Below, one piece after another: positions 13,164 to 25,431 of a DNA stretch of 64,000 nt; position 1 is the stretch's first letter, and each line of letters opens with the position of its first letter. The notes beneath the pieces are model-generated. The model did not search any database. It saw only the letters and a program-made list of their open reading frames with translations, and had not been told where the DNA came from. A program made the translations under genes and the position numbers. The stretch is from Squalus acanthias (taxonomy: Eukaryota). Location of the stretch: contig CM059431.1 in assembly GCA_030390025.1 (NCBI GenBank), positions 114,950,001-115,014,000 on the forward strand. The letters run 5' to 3'.

Positions 13164-14231
13164 AGGAATTCAACATCAATCGAAACTCAAATTCTGCTCT
13201 CAGTTATGCCAAATGTCAGGTTCACCTTGCACAGTTCTGGCAAACTCAGGTTCCCCTCTCCCCCCCGCCCCAATGATACAAGATCAAGGGATCCCCCCCT
13301 TGCTGTCAAACTCCAGCAGCCCCGCTGCAGTACTGCCAAATCCAGGACTCCCCACCCCTCATTCTGTCAAGTTTTAGGATCATGCCCAGGACTATCTCCA
13401 GTGCTACCAAAGTGCTGGACTGCCCCAAGTGCAGCTAAACCCCATTCCCTATCACCATTTCTGCTAGATAGCAGATAGCTACTTCCAGTTGGTGCATTTT
13501 GGATGCCATCTTGCAGTGTATGCTCAGTATTAAATTGGTAAGGGTTAAAAATTAAATACATAGGTAATAGAATGTACATAAAATAAAGGCCACTCATTTA
13601 CAGTTTTCTCTAAATAATGAACAGAGCTGTGGAATTCAATCCTCAAAAAACCAGAAAAATATGATGTAATAAAAATGGAATTTGACGCAGTCACAGGAAA
13701 CCAATGGGTCTTGCTGTTATCACCTACATAGCATAAAAGCCTCTATTATTGGGAAACAACAAAACCTCTGACTTATGAGGAATGCCACGGGAGACCTACT
13801 AACTATACTACTCATTATTTGCGCATTGTCTAGCAGCCCTCTGCTGTCCCTGGAAATCTCGGGGTAGAATCTCCTGAGGGTGTTGGGGGGGGGTGGTGTT
13901 GCCCCAATCTGCCGCCTTAACTTCAGCAGATACCCCAGAGAAATGGGGCAATTGGCCGTTTCTCCGGGGATTCCGTCAACCTTCCCCTGAAGAAACGGCG
14001 GGAGATCAGTAGAACCTCTGCAGTAATTCTACCCCGGTATTTCACTTGGAATTTCCCTCCTTTCTGAATAAAGAAAGATGCGAAGATCGATTTTCTGAAT
14101 TTGTGCTTTGTGCACCAGGACTGCATATTGGGAAGTTACAGGAGGCCAGCAATATTTCTCGGTCTGAAAAATCTTGCGGGGCCTGCTGCCCTCCATGCTC
14201 AAATTCCCAAAGTGCACTCCCAGCACGCATC

Positions 14232-14520
14232 TTCTTCTTAGGCAATCCCTCAGGACCGAGGATGACTTGCTTCCACATTAAAAATCAGTTCTTAGGTGAC
14301 TGATGAGTCCAATGCGGGATCTACAGTCTCTGTCACAGGTGGGGCAGACGGTGGTTGAAGGGGCGGGTGGGTGGGGTGCTTGGGTTGACGTGCTTGCGCT
14401 TGGCTTCCGCTTGCTCCCGGCGAAGAGACTCGAGGTGTTCGGCGCCTTCCCGGATGCTTCTCCTCCACTTTGTGTGGTCTTGGGCCAGGGATTCCCAGGT
14501 GTCGGTGGGGATGTTGGCTC
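14232..14520 (-). mobile_element. RTE LINE 3' end fragment, inside a Harbinger-like MITE remnant (~13861-14620)
   Basis: Near-identical to 28485-28785 (NIPTDTWESLAQD..KWRRSI). Confidence 0.85.
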
Positions 14521-14740
14521 TGTGCCAGGAGCACATTTGTAAAACCGATCCCATGTTTACAACATGTCCCTTTTCTCAACAATTTTCAGATTGAAACATC
14601 CCAGAAAAGAGTTACCGGGACTGCTGGATTTTGAATATCTGATCGCTCACATCTAAAAAAGAACCAAACTAACTACACATCAGTGATTAAGTTTGAATTA
14701 TTCCCCTCTCAACCCTATAACAGCCAAAGCTTGAAACATT

Positions 14741-15505
14741 GGGCCAGATTTTGCTGTAGCAAGGCATCTAATGGCATCTGCTGATAGCTGGACTTGCCCC
14801 TGCACCATTCAGCTCAAAACATTTTTGCCCACTAAGTTGCTGAAAGTGTGAGCTGATAACGTCACAGTGGGGGAAACGGCATCTGGGACCTGAGTGAACA
14901 GGGCAATCATTAGGGTATCTCCTCAACCAATGAGATTTAAGGATTGGAAAATAAACACAGGGAGGACTGAGAAGGAGGGTGAATTAAAAAGGTGAATCCA
15001 ATATTAAATTAGGTACTGAAAGAAATAATTAGAGGGAAAGAAAGATTAGATTAAGAGAGAGAGGGGAAAAAAAGACAGAAAGGAAAAGTAAGAAACAAAG
15101 TGACATTTTTTTAAATTTCCTAAAACAAGTCACAACCTGAAGGAATGAGATTCCATACTTATAACAGTTAATTTTTGGTTCCCGAGAGATTGATGGGCAG
15201 TCATTAACACTTATCATGTCGTTAAATCGGTACTTATCGGTACTGGCCCTAAATATCTGCGACGGATTTAGTTCATATCTACCGTGCAAATACAGCAACT
15301 GCACGACCTTCAATACATGTCCATGGTGAGGCAGACAGCGCAATGTAGTTTTCGAGAAGCTAACAGTGGAGTGGCGCAACTCAGAGAGCAACTTTTGGCA
15401 TTTAACCGCGCATCTGCCCCTCGCCTGAAGTTGCTGCACCATTTACGCATAAATAACGGTGAGCGCCATTACCCTCACCGTTATTTTGACAGCAAAATCT
15501 GGCCC
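14741..15505. mobile_element. Harbinger-type MITE with perfect TIRs
   Basis: GGGCCAGATTTTGCTGT / ACAGCAAAATCTGGCCC with a 3-bp ATT TSD on both sides. Confidence 0.85.
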
Positions 15506-16599
15506 ATTTTATTGAGATAAGCTCGGTGCAAGAGTTTGAACTGCAGACAATTTTGTTAATGCTTATGCACTATGATGGATTTAAAGAAACAGCTACTAAA
15601 TCAAAACTAGAACTAGAATAGAATAGAACAGAATAGCCTCTGCCCACATTGGCTGTTTTACAAATTGAGTGAAGAAGCAATCCTGCACTACCTCCAGTTA
15701 CACGCATTTCTCCTTAGTTTTTCCACTGTTCTTTTCCTTCCTATCTGGATAATCGGAATTCTCCCATTATTAGTGTTCCAAGCTTGCAAATTACTATTTA
15801 AGATATTAATGGGCAAATGATTAACGTACTCCTACTACATTCTTCTGTTCGTTAACCATGCTGTTTTGCCCAATGTCCAGTTGTTGCTAGGCAGGTAGGA
15901 ACATAAGCAGTACCAATCAGGAACCAGCAATCTGCACAAAACCAACCAATTGAATTGTTCATTTTCCCCCTTAAATCCACCAATCAGGAATCAACAACTA
16001 ACACAAAACCAAACAATTGAATCACTCAAACAGTTTCTTTCTCATTTCTTTGAGTGCCATTTTGTTTCTTCAGCCAGATAACCATAAAATTCATAACATA
16101 AACACATAAATTTTTTTAATCACTTACAAAAGTCTTTAAACTCACCCATAAAATTGTTATGTCCTGTTGGAAATTCATCCAATATGTTTTCTTCAAGAGA
16201 CCCATGCTCCCTCAGGGCTTAGGGATTAGGTTTTACTCCTTACTTGGAGCTTGTCTTGTTCAGCTGTGCCTTGCTTCCTGATGTTTTTTTGTACATCAAC
16301 ACATGTGCAGCCTTTCAAGTCTTTGCACATGTATGACTTCAGTGTCCAGTGCCTATCCGATCATCCCACATCCCCGTTGTTCCTTCCCTGTGGAGGTCGG
16401 TGCAGCCTGCTCTCAATTTCCCATGACAGCGGCAAAGATCATGCAAGGCCACATGATTGAAAGCTAATGAAAGAATGAAATGACTGTCACTTAATAAGTA
16501 GGGCTCTGTGGTTTTTCACGGGCAAAAGTGCAGAATAGATAAATATAATTAAAAAAGGAATACACTTCAATTTCAGGGTGCTGTTAACAAATAAAGAGG

Positions 16600-18235
16600 T
16601 TAGAAATAAACTAAAATTGAAGACGAAGGCATATGGGGTATGATAAAAGTATGATGAGAATATAGGAACATAAGGAAAGAGGTTAAGAGAGAGAGAAGGA
16701 AAGCAAAGAGGGAGTATGTGAAGAGATTCTCAAAGGTTATTAAGTGGAAGAGTAAAGTATTCTGCAAGTTGTTAAATGTGAGGTGGGACCTCTGACAGGA
16801 GAGAATAATGTTAGGACAGGATAAATGGAATTTGGTGGTACTTCACATCAGCTATTGGGAGACGTAAACCCTGAATTGGTTAAAAACAGGATAAGAAATA
16901 TCATAATAAATAAAAATATTAGAGAAGCTAGTTAAACTAAAGGAGAACAAAGTGCTGATACATCCAAGAATCCTGCAGAAAATGAGGGCTAAAATAACGG
17001 AGGCCCTGGAAATTATATCTTAAGGTTCTAGTGAGAGTGGATGTGTGCGGGAGGACTGGAAAGTGGCCAATCTAATATCCATTTTTAAAAAGGGAGACAG
17101 AACTAACCCCAGGTAATTACAAGCCAGTTAGTTTAACATCTGTGTTGGTGAACATTTTGGAATTTAGATGAAATTGCTAAATATCTGGATGAAGAAAAAG
17201 TAATTAGAGACAGCTAACTTGAATTTCAGAAAGGAATATCATGCTTGATAAACCTGCTTTCGTTCTTTGAGGAGGTTACAAATATGGTAATTAGGGGAAA
17301 TGCAGTGGATGTGGCGTACATGAACTTTTAGAAAGTCTTTGACAAGATACCACATGGGAGACTACTGGAGAAGATTAAGGGGTATGGAATTAGGGGAATG
17401 GTAGCAAATTAAATTAAAAACTGGTTAGAAGGGAGGAAGCAGAGAATAGGAGTTAAGGACAGTTTCTCGGAGTGGATGGAAGATGATAGCAATGTCCCAC
17501 AGGGTTCTGTTCTGGGACCACTTCTGTTCTCTGTGGACATAAATGTTTTGGATATGGGCTAGAGACAGTGGTGTCCAAATTTGCAGATAATACTAAAACA
17601 GGAGGCATAGAAAATAAATCTGAGGACCAAAGAAAGCTGCAAGGAGATATTAATAAGATGGAGAATGGGGGGGGCGGAGGGGAAATGGAATTCAATGTCA
17701 GTAAGTGTGAGGTAGTACATGGCAAAACAAATTTTTTTTTTAAAGTAATTCTACTTTGATGGGGACAGGCTGGGTAATGTGGAAGGGATTCTGGAGTTCA
17801 GGTTCACAAGATATTAAAAGCAGCACCTCAAGTGGATAAGGCCATTAAAAAAAATCTAATGGAATGTCGGGTTTTATGACAAGAGGTGTAGAATACAAAA
17901 AGTAGAGATGTAATGGTGAATCTATATAAAACCTTAGTAGGACCATAGTTGGAGTACTATGTGCAGTTTTGGGCTCCATACTATAGGAGGGATGTTGAGG
18001 CAATAGAGAGGGTACAGCGCAGATTCGTTAGGATGTTGCCTGGCATGAGGGAATGCAAATACAAAGAAAGACTTGGAAAAATTGGGGATGTTTTTGTTAC
18101 AACAGAGGAGATTATGGAGTGATTTGAGGAATAAAGGGATATGGGAACAGGCCTGGTATATGAATTAGAACTATTGCTCATAGAGAGGATAAACAACAGT
18201 ACTGAATTGTAGGACCGAATGGTTTCCGTATTCTA
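16600..18235 (+). mobile_element. Old CR1 LINE (decayed ORF2 and tail)
   Basis: DWKVANL, FKKGDR, DKIPH, VPQGSVLGP, SKFADNTK and FNVSKCEVVH motifs with many stops and frameshifts. Confidence 0.85.
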
Positions 18236-19568
18236 ATTTGATGTATTTGAACTGTTCAAAAGAAATTGGACAGATTTTTGATTCAACAGTTGAGAAGTTT
18301 GGCCCTGGACACAGAGGCAGGAATGAAATAAAATTGGTCTGTTCAAATTCTGAACAGGAATTGAACTGATACAATGGGGTGGAAGGGCTCATCAGCCACT
18401 TCATTTCCATCTTTTTCAGTTCTTTTGTTCTTATCAGAGATAATGTGACCTCTCTGCATTTGGGGTGGCAATCGACAGTATACAGCCTGTGGTACCAACT
18501 TTATTCTTCATATAGAAAAAAAACGACTTGAATGTAAGTGCAAAATATCTTTTCCGATTTGAATGGTGGCTTATCATTTACTGTGTGTGGCAGAACCTAA
18601 GTACCTAACAGGCAGATTCGAACTTATTATGGGTCACATTTTTTAAGGTATAGACATGAATGGTGTTTTATGTTTTACCTTTTTTTTAATGTTGACAGAG
18701 TATAGAGTGATGGTGTCCCTGCCTCAGGAATGTTGCCTGGGTTGGACTACTGCTCTTGTTGTTTGTTCTTTTTGGTTCTTGTTGCTTCTGTTACTATGGG
18801 AAACCCAACGTACAGTATATTATGTATCATCTGATATGTAGCTACTTGTATGATAAATTAGTGCAAAAATGCAGTAGACATTTTGATATATATGTAGATG
18901 ATGAAGGGGCGGTTTGAAATAAAGTCAAGTTTCTACCTTACTCTTATCTTCAGGGCTGTAAAGATATCTTTTAAGAATGCATTGACTCAATGCCCGAAGT
19001 CGTCTTCCACAGTTTTACTGGATTTCAAATCATGCTGTACATTCACAACTATTATATATGGGAAAATCCTCGATGGCTAAAGATAAAGGAAACTGTAGCC
19101 ATGTTAATGATGGGTTACCAAACTACCTATTCCAGAAATTCCAATCCAAGGTGAAATGTTTGTGGGTGTCAGTAATTGGGCAGAACTCCAATAGGAATAA
19201 TGAAATGGCCTAAAGAAAAATGTATCACATGTGGACTAAATGAAAGTTGGTGAGTCTGCCAAAGGAAATACCTGGTTTTAAAATCTCTTTACATGTGAAT
19301 AAAGGATAATTTATTAAGAGTCTTGAAGAGAGAAGACAGGGAATTACAGATTAGACAGAATGTGAATTGAATCTTGCATTTACAAAAGGAAGATATTATA
19401 TTAGGGGAATTCTGTGTGGGGAAAAAAATAATACAGCATGACTGGTTAGAGTTAAGGCCAAGAAGACTCAAATAAGGTTTCAATGGAAGAAAAAGCTCAA
19501 ATTCAGGCTATCTGCAGAATATCCAGGGAAAGTATTTCAGGTATTAGGGGAACTTACGTAGAGTCATA

Positions 19569-20382
19569 GGGCGCGATCTTGCCAACGGGGAGCTTTTGGA
19601 GGCGGGACTCCCACTTGTCGGGTTTCAGTCCCGCCTCCATCGACTTCTGGCCAACCCACACTATTTTCCCTTGATTGACCTTGTGAAGCTCGCCCAGTGG
19701 GCTTAGCAGGCCAAATAAGGAGAAGCCGGTTACAGAGAACGTCAGCGTATGATGTTTCATCTGTCAAAAATTTTTGACAGATGAATTGTCATCGTTTGAC
19801 AGCTCTGTGAAGCTGTCAAACACTGACATTCTCTGTAGTTTGATGAGTTCTTGTATTCAAGACTCATCAAACCTCTTTCTTCAGCAGAAATTAGATGGTT
19901 GTTGCATTGGAGAATGCAGCAGCCATCTGTCATCTCTGCCGCGGAGATGCGAGACTCTCCGCATCCCCAACGATTGAAGCCTGCAGGAAGAAACAAAGGT
20001 AAGTAAACTTTTTCTAACACTTTCCACTTACTTCACATACTCACCTCTCCACACTTGCACCCATCACTTACCTTCACAGCGCACTTATGCACCCCTCCAA
20101 CCCCCGCAGACCCACTGCTCGCCTCGATGACCCTGGCGGGGTTCGCAGCCTTCGGGAAGCCCACACTTGTGTGGGCAAAATGGGGATAATCCTCTTATCT
20201 GCCTGTTAACTACCTGTTAACAGGCAGTTAAGTGGCTGTAATCCCCTTCCCACTACCCGCCTCCTGGGAAGATAGCACAGAGGTGGGTTGGGGGTGGGAT
20301 AAGTACCTGCCCCCAGATTCTGCCATTTTCCCAGCAGTCCCGCCTCCAAACCCGCCTCCCCAGGGCTGGCAAGATCGCGCCC
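19569..20382 (+). mobile_element. Harbinger-type MITE, palindrome-rich family, copy 1 (814 bp)
   Basis: TIR GGGCGCGATCTTGCCA / TGGCAAGATCGCGCCC; homologous to 62054-62899 and, inverted, to 51116-51959. Confidence 0.88.
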
Positions 20383-20490
20383 AGAGAGTCATAGTCATGT
20401 CTGTAAATGGTATCTCTCTAAACCTTAAGAAGACATGGAATAAGAAAAGGGTATTTGGCCCATTACGCCATTCATTTCTACAGACTATGT

Positions 20491-22194
20491 TCTGTCTTCA
20501 CAAAAGAGGACACAAATAACCTCCCAGAGATGTCGGGGAACATAGGGTCTAATGAGAGGGAGAAACTGAATGAAATCAGTATTTGTAGGGAAATGGTGTT
20601 AGGGAAATTGATGGGATTGAAGGCCGATAAATCCCCAGGGCCTGATAATCTACATCCTAGGGTACTTAAGGAAGTGGCCCTAGAAATAGTAGATGCATTG
20701 CTGGTCATCTTCCAAAATTCTATAGACTCTGAAACAGTTCCCATGGATTGGAGGGTAGCTAATGTAACCCCACTATTTAAAAAAGGTGGTAGAGAGAAAA
20801 CGGGGAATTATAGACCGGTAAGCCTGACATCGGTAGTGGGGAAAATGCTAGAGTCCATTATAAAAGATGTAATAGCAGAGCACTTGGAAAACAGTGACAG
20901 GATCGGACAAAGTCAACATGGATTTACAAAAGGTAAATCATGCTTGACTAATCTACTGGAATTTTTTGAGGATGTAACTGGTAGAATAGATAAGGGAGAA
21001 CCAGTGGATGTGGTGTATTTGGACTTCCAGAAGGCTTTCGATAAGGTCCCACATAAGAGATTAGCGTGCAAAGTTAAAGCACATGGGATTGGGGGTGAGG
21101 TACTGACTTGGATAGAGAACTGGTTGGCAGACAGGAAGCAAAGAGTTGGAATAAACGGGTCTTTTTCCGAGTGGCAGGCAGTGACTAGTACCACAGGGAT
21201 CGGTGCTAGGACCCCAGTTATTCACAATATATATTAATGATCGAGATGTAATATCTCCAAGTTTGCAGACAACACAAAGCTGGGTGGGCGTGTGTGCTGT
21301 GAGGAGGATGCAGATAAACTCCAGTATGATTTGGACAGGTTGAGTGATTGGGCAGATGCACGGCAGATGCAGTATAATGTTGATAAATGCGAGGTTATCC
21401 ACTTTGGTGGCAAAAACAGGAAGGCAGATTGTTATCTGAACGGCAATAGATTGGGAAAAGGGGAAGTGCAATGAGACCTGGGTGTCCTTGTGCACCAGTC
21501 GCTGAAGGTAAGCATGCAGGTGCAGCAGGCAGTTAAGAAGGCAAATGGTATGTTGGCCTTATAGCGAGAGGATTCAAGTACAGGAGCAAGGATGTCTTGC
21601 TGCAGTTGTACAGGGCCTTGGTGAGACCACACCTTTAGTATTGTGTGTAGTTTTGGTCACCTTATCTGAGGAAGGATGTTCTTGCCATGGAGGGAGTGCA
21701 GCGAAGATTCACCAGACTGATACCTGGGATGGCAGGAATGATGTATGAAGAGAGATTGGGTCGATTAGGCTTATATTTGCTAGAGTTTAGAAGAATGAGA
21801 GGGGATCTCATTGAAACTTATAAAATTCTAACAGGACTAGACAGACTAGATGCAGGAAGGATGTTCCCGATGGCGGGAGAGTCCAGAACCAGGGGTCACA
21901 GTCTAAGGATAAGGGGTAAGCCATTTAGGACTGAGATGAGGAGGAATTTCTTCACCCAGAGAGTGGTGAACCTATGGAATTCTCTACCACAGAAGGCAGT
22001 TGAGGCCAATTCATTAAATATATTCAAGAAGGAGTTAGATATATTTCTTAAGGCTAAAGGGATCAAGGGATATGGGGAGGAAGCAGGGACAGGGTACTGA
22101 ATTTGGATGATCAGCCATGATCTCATTAAATGGCGGAACAGGCTCGAGGGGCCGAATGGCCTACTCCTGCTCCTATCTTCTATGTTTCTATGTT
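20491..22194 (+). mobile_element. CR1 LINE (RT domain to 3' tail), young, with small deletions
   Basis: KSPGPDNLHPRVLKE, NYRPVSLTS, SQHGF, YLDFQKAFDKVPH, LEFRRMRGDLIE; (TTCTATGT)n tail. Confidence 0.95.
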
Positions 22195-23135
22195 AAGTCC
22201 CCAACTTAGTTATTCATATATTTGACTTTTTTTTGGTGAACTTTATGCTCATCAAGGTGAGGGATGTTGGTGCTGGGAAATGGGGAACACTTTCCATTTT
22301 GGGCACAAGGTATCAGCAGCAAGTACTTCCAGCCATTCCCATTTCCTGTACGAGCCACCTTGAGTCTTCTCTGGGTGATTTGTTGATTTTGTGTGAATCG
22401 ATGTGAAATTAGAACCCTTTTGTGCTGTGGAAACTAGATTAAGTAAACCCATTTTGATTTACACTCAAACGTTTTTGATATCCATCTCAATCTTTCATTA
22501 GTCTTCTTGATAACCACTTCAAATTGACTTGATAATTTCAATGTACGGTTCATAATCATACCCAACTCTTTTCCCTTTCACAAGCTTTGCCAATGAACAC
22601 CTATCCATTATGTACACATAATCTATGTTCCCTGTTCCAGCATGCATAACTTTACATTGATCCGCAGCACAGGGCCATTTCCGCAGTCTGGTGCACTGGC
22701 AGAGCAGGTGTGCAGCCGGTGCAGGGGAAGTGCCTAGTTGACACAACAAGCTTCGTGCCAACTTCTTTCTGGCATTCAATGCTGCACTTTTCTATTATTA
22801 GTGTGCTTGAAGTGCTTGTCCCTTTTTCTTTCAAAAGCCTCCTTGATGGCCCATGCAAATGCGAAAATATTTAGATGATTACCCAGCACAATGGCATTTG
22901 TGCTAGGCTTGCTCTTTTTTTTCTTTGTACACCCACTTTGAATAGGAACAAGGGGAAGATTCATGGGCGCAGGAGCTCTTAAATAGCCTTTGCCGTTTTT
23001 TGTAAAGTACCTATTTATTGCAGTGTTCTTTGTTAGACATTTGTTTCCGGATTTCTGACATTTTTATTCATGTAATTTAAAAAAAATCTTTATTCACCCC
23101 GTAATATTTTTTTGAAGCTTCTCAAATATAACATT

Positions 23136-23637
23136 AAAGCAAAATACTGCGGATGCTGGAAATCTGAAATAAAAACAAAAAATGCTGGAAATACTCAGCA
23201 GGTCAGGCAACGTCTGTGGAGAGTGAAACAGAGTTCACGTTTCAGGTCGATGAGCTTTTGTCAGAACTGGAAAAGGTTAGAGATTGAACAGGTTTTAAGC
23301 AAGTACAGAGGCAGGGAAAGCGGGAGGGGAGGAAAGAACAAAAGGGAAGGCCTGTGATAGGGTGGAAGGCAGGAGTGGTTAAATGACAAAAGGGATGATG
23401 GTGCGAGGCGAAAGGAAATGGTAATGGGACAAAGTGAAGAAACAAAAGATGGGTCGAGAGGAGGTGTAAATGGGAATATCAGAATCATGAGCAGCAGCTG
23501 TGGTCTGAAAAAAATGGGGGTAGAGGTTATGATCTGAAATTGTTGAACTCAATGTTCAGTCTCGAAGGTTGTAAAGTGCCTAATAGAAAGATAAGGTGCT
23601 GTTCCTCGAGCTTACGTTGAACTTCACTGGAACAGTG
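23136..23637 (-). mobile_element. Penelope-like element 3' fragment with pseudo-LTR and degenerate hammerhead
   Basis: Minus strand encodes the GIY-YIG C-terminus (RKLEEQHLIF..LNIEFNNFRS). Imperfect 15-bp TSD CTCAAATATAACATT / CTCAAATACAATATT. Hammerhead core mutated to CTGACAA at 23233-23267. Confidence 0.85.
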
Positions 23638-23699
23638 CTCAAATACAATATTTTGTGGTTGAGATGAAAGAAGGAATGCCAGAAAGATCAGCAGACTCC

Positions 23700-23960
23700 T
23701 GAGTTATCTGCCAACCACTCTGGACAGCCTCTGTAATTTGCTACAGTTTACCAGGACAAAGTTTTGTCACCTGCAACATAGGGGCAGCACTACCAATGGT
23801 TGGCAAGGTCACTGCTGCTCTCAATTATTATGCCTTTGGCTTATCCTTGCTAGCACTGCAATATCATGTACTGTATGGATCAAAAAGGTGACTGATGCTT
23901 TAAACAACATGGCCTGCACTTTTAATTCCTTTAAAACTGAATATTATGTCATGCATGTCT
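23700..23960 (+). pseudogene. Very decayed Harbinger transposase remnant
   Basis: Residual LNYYAFG and IKKVTDAL motifs homologous to the 5374 transposase. Confidence 0.45.
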
Positions 23961-25229
23961 ACTGCCACCACACTGGTGAATTCTAAAAGTGCAGACATCA
24001 CTGACTGTGACCACCCTCATGTCCTCGGAAGATGCGAGTGTGACAAGGCTTTCAATTGTTGGTACCATCTTGGCTGTGTGTCTGCTGAGATATGAGTAAA
24101 AATGAGATGCACTGAAAGAGCTGTACAGTCGTTTGAAGGCTTGGCATGGGTGAACAGTAAACATGGAAGAGACTGACAGGCTACACTTTGTAGCATGTAT
24201 CATCTCCTTAGTGCCTAATACTACTGGTTAGATTTACCTTGCCAGACTGTTTGAGAGCAGTGCCACTCAGACTTTTGCCCACATAATCCATTTTGTGCCT
24301 CCTTATTGCGCTGTTTGTCTTTTCAACTATTGCTCTTCAGCTCTTCCCCCCCCACCCCCAACAGCCTTTTCGAAGACCAAAAATTGTTGTGATCATTTTT
24401 GAAACTTGAAAAGGCTTCAATATTTTTATCCCCTATATGTGACTATTTACATTTAACTGGCTGCATCCCTTTAATCTTGCGCGGAAGCCCTTTAAGGACT
24501 GTATGTTCCGAAACAGTGCCCCGCCCCCTCATCTTCATTACACTCCATATGCAAGGGAGCAGACAGCACAGATAAATTATTAAAATTACCTGGCCTGCCA
24601 AGTCTAGCTCCATGTTCCAGTTCCAGTTCGTGTGCTTTCACACACAACAATCTCTAGGTCATTTGCCCCAGAAATAGGGAATTGGCTCTTATATTTCATC
24701 CATTGTTTCAATGTCAATCAATTTAATTTGTTCATATTTATTTGAATACCAACAAATGCCCTTACATTCATCAACCAGTTACATAACTTTCTTTCATTAT
24801 TATTAGAAATATTCTATCGTCATCCCTTCCAAACAAAGCCTTCTATATTTACTTTCAGCCTGTGATTTCTCTCTTACCAAGATTTTCAGTCTGGTAGTTA
24901 ATTTGCCATTAATTACTTTAAGCGTCCTGGGGCACTGCCACTATATTCTCAAGATTCACAAATAATAATTTTTTTTTGGTCACAGAAAGGTTTGATTTAG
25001 TCATGTTTATAGGGCGTTTGGTTTAATGTTATCTTAGTATTTGATATTTTTTATTAGAAGGGACAAAATGGCCTTACTAATTAGAAAAATTGGAAGAAAA
25101 CAGAATCAAAGTTAGCAGTGGAGGAAGGCCTCAGCTAAAAATTCCACTTAGCCCATCCAGCAGAGATAACCCTGACCCGAGACAGCAAGAAGCTGCTTCC
25201 CGCTGTTTGTCCAGCTAGGACAATCCTAC

Positions 25230-25431
25230 CCATTGAAGTAATGACTTGCAGGGTTGTCTGGAGCCGAGTGGGAAGAGTCCTGGCTGCCAGTGACAGGTCT
25301 GTCGCTCCATGTTTCATTAACGAGCCAGACTGACTGGTCAATCATTGACATTGCCCTGGAGTACTGCAGACCTGCCTGGATCAGGTATTGGGTTACCGAG
25401 TCTGCCAAAGAGGGTTGCCTTAGTGGTGAGC
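25230..25431 (-). other. Candidate exon of an unidentified minus-strand transcript
   Basis: Strong acceptor CCATTTCCATCTCTCCTTCTCAG; open frame SPLRQPSLADSVTQYLIQAGLQYSRAMSMIDQSVWLVNETW...HYFNG; possible GTAGGA donor; non-repeat sequence. Confidence 0.35.

Noticed and set aside
12857..13478. 178-aa and 83-aa ORFs
   Set aside because: They overlap a GC-rich MITE and low-complexity sequence and show no recognisable domain.
15883..15921. MHC class II S-X-Y promoter module
   Set aside because: X-like and Y-like boxes are in the wrong order on the relevant strand, and no MHC exon is nearby.
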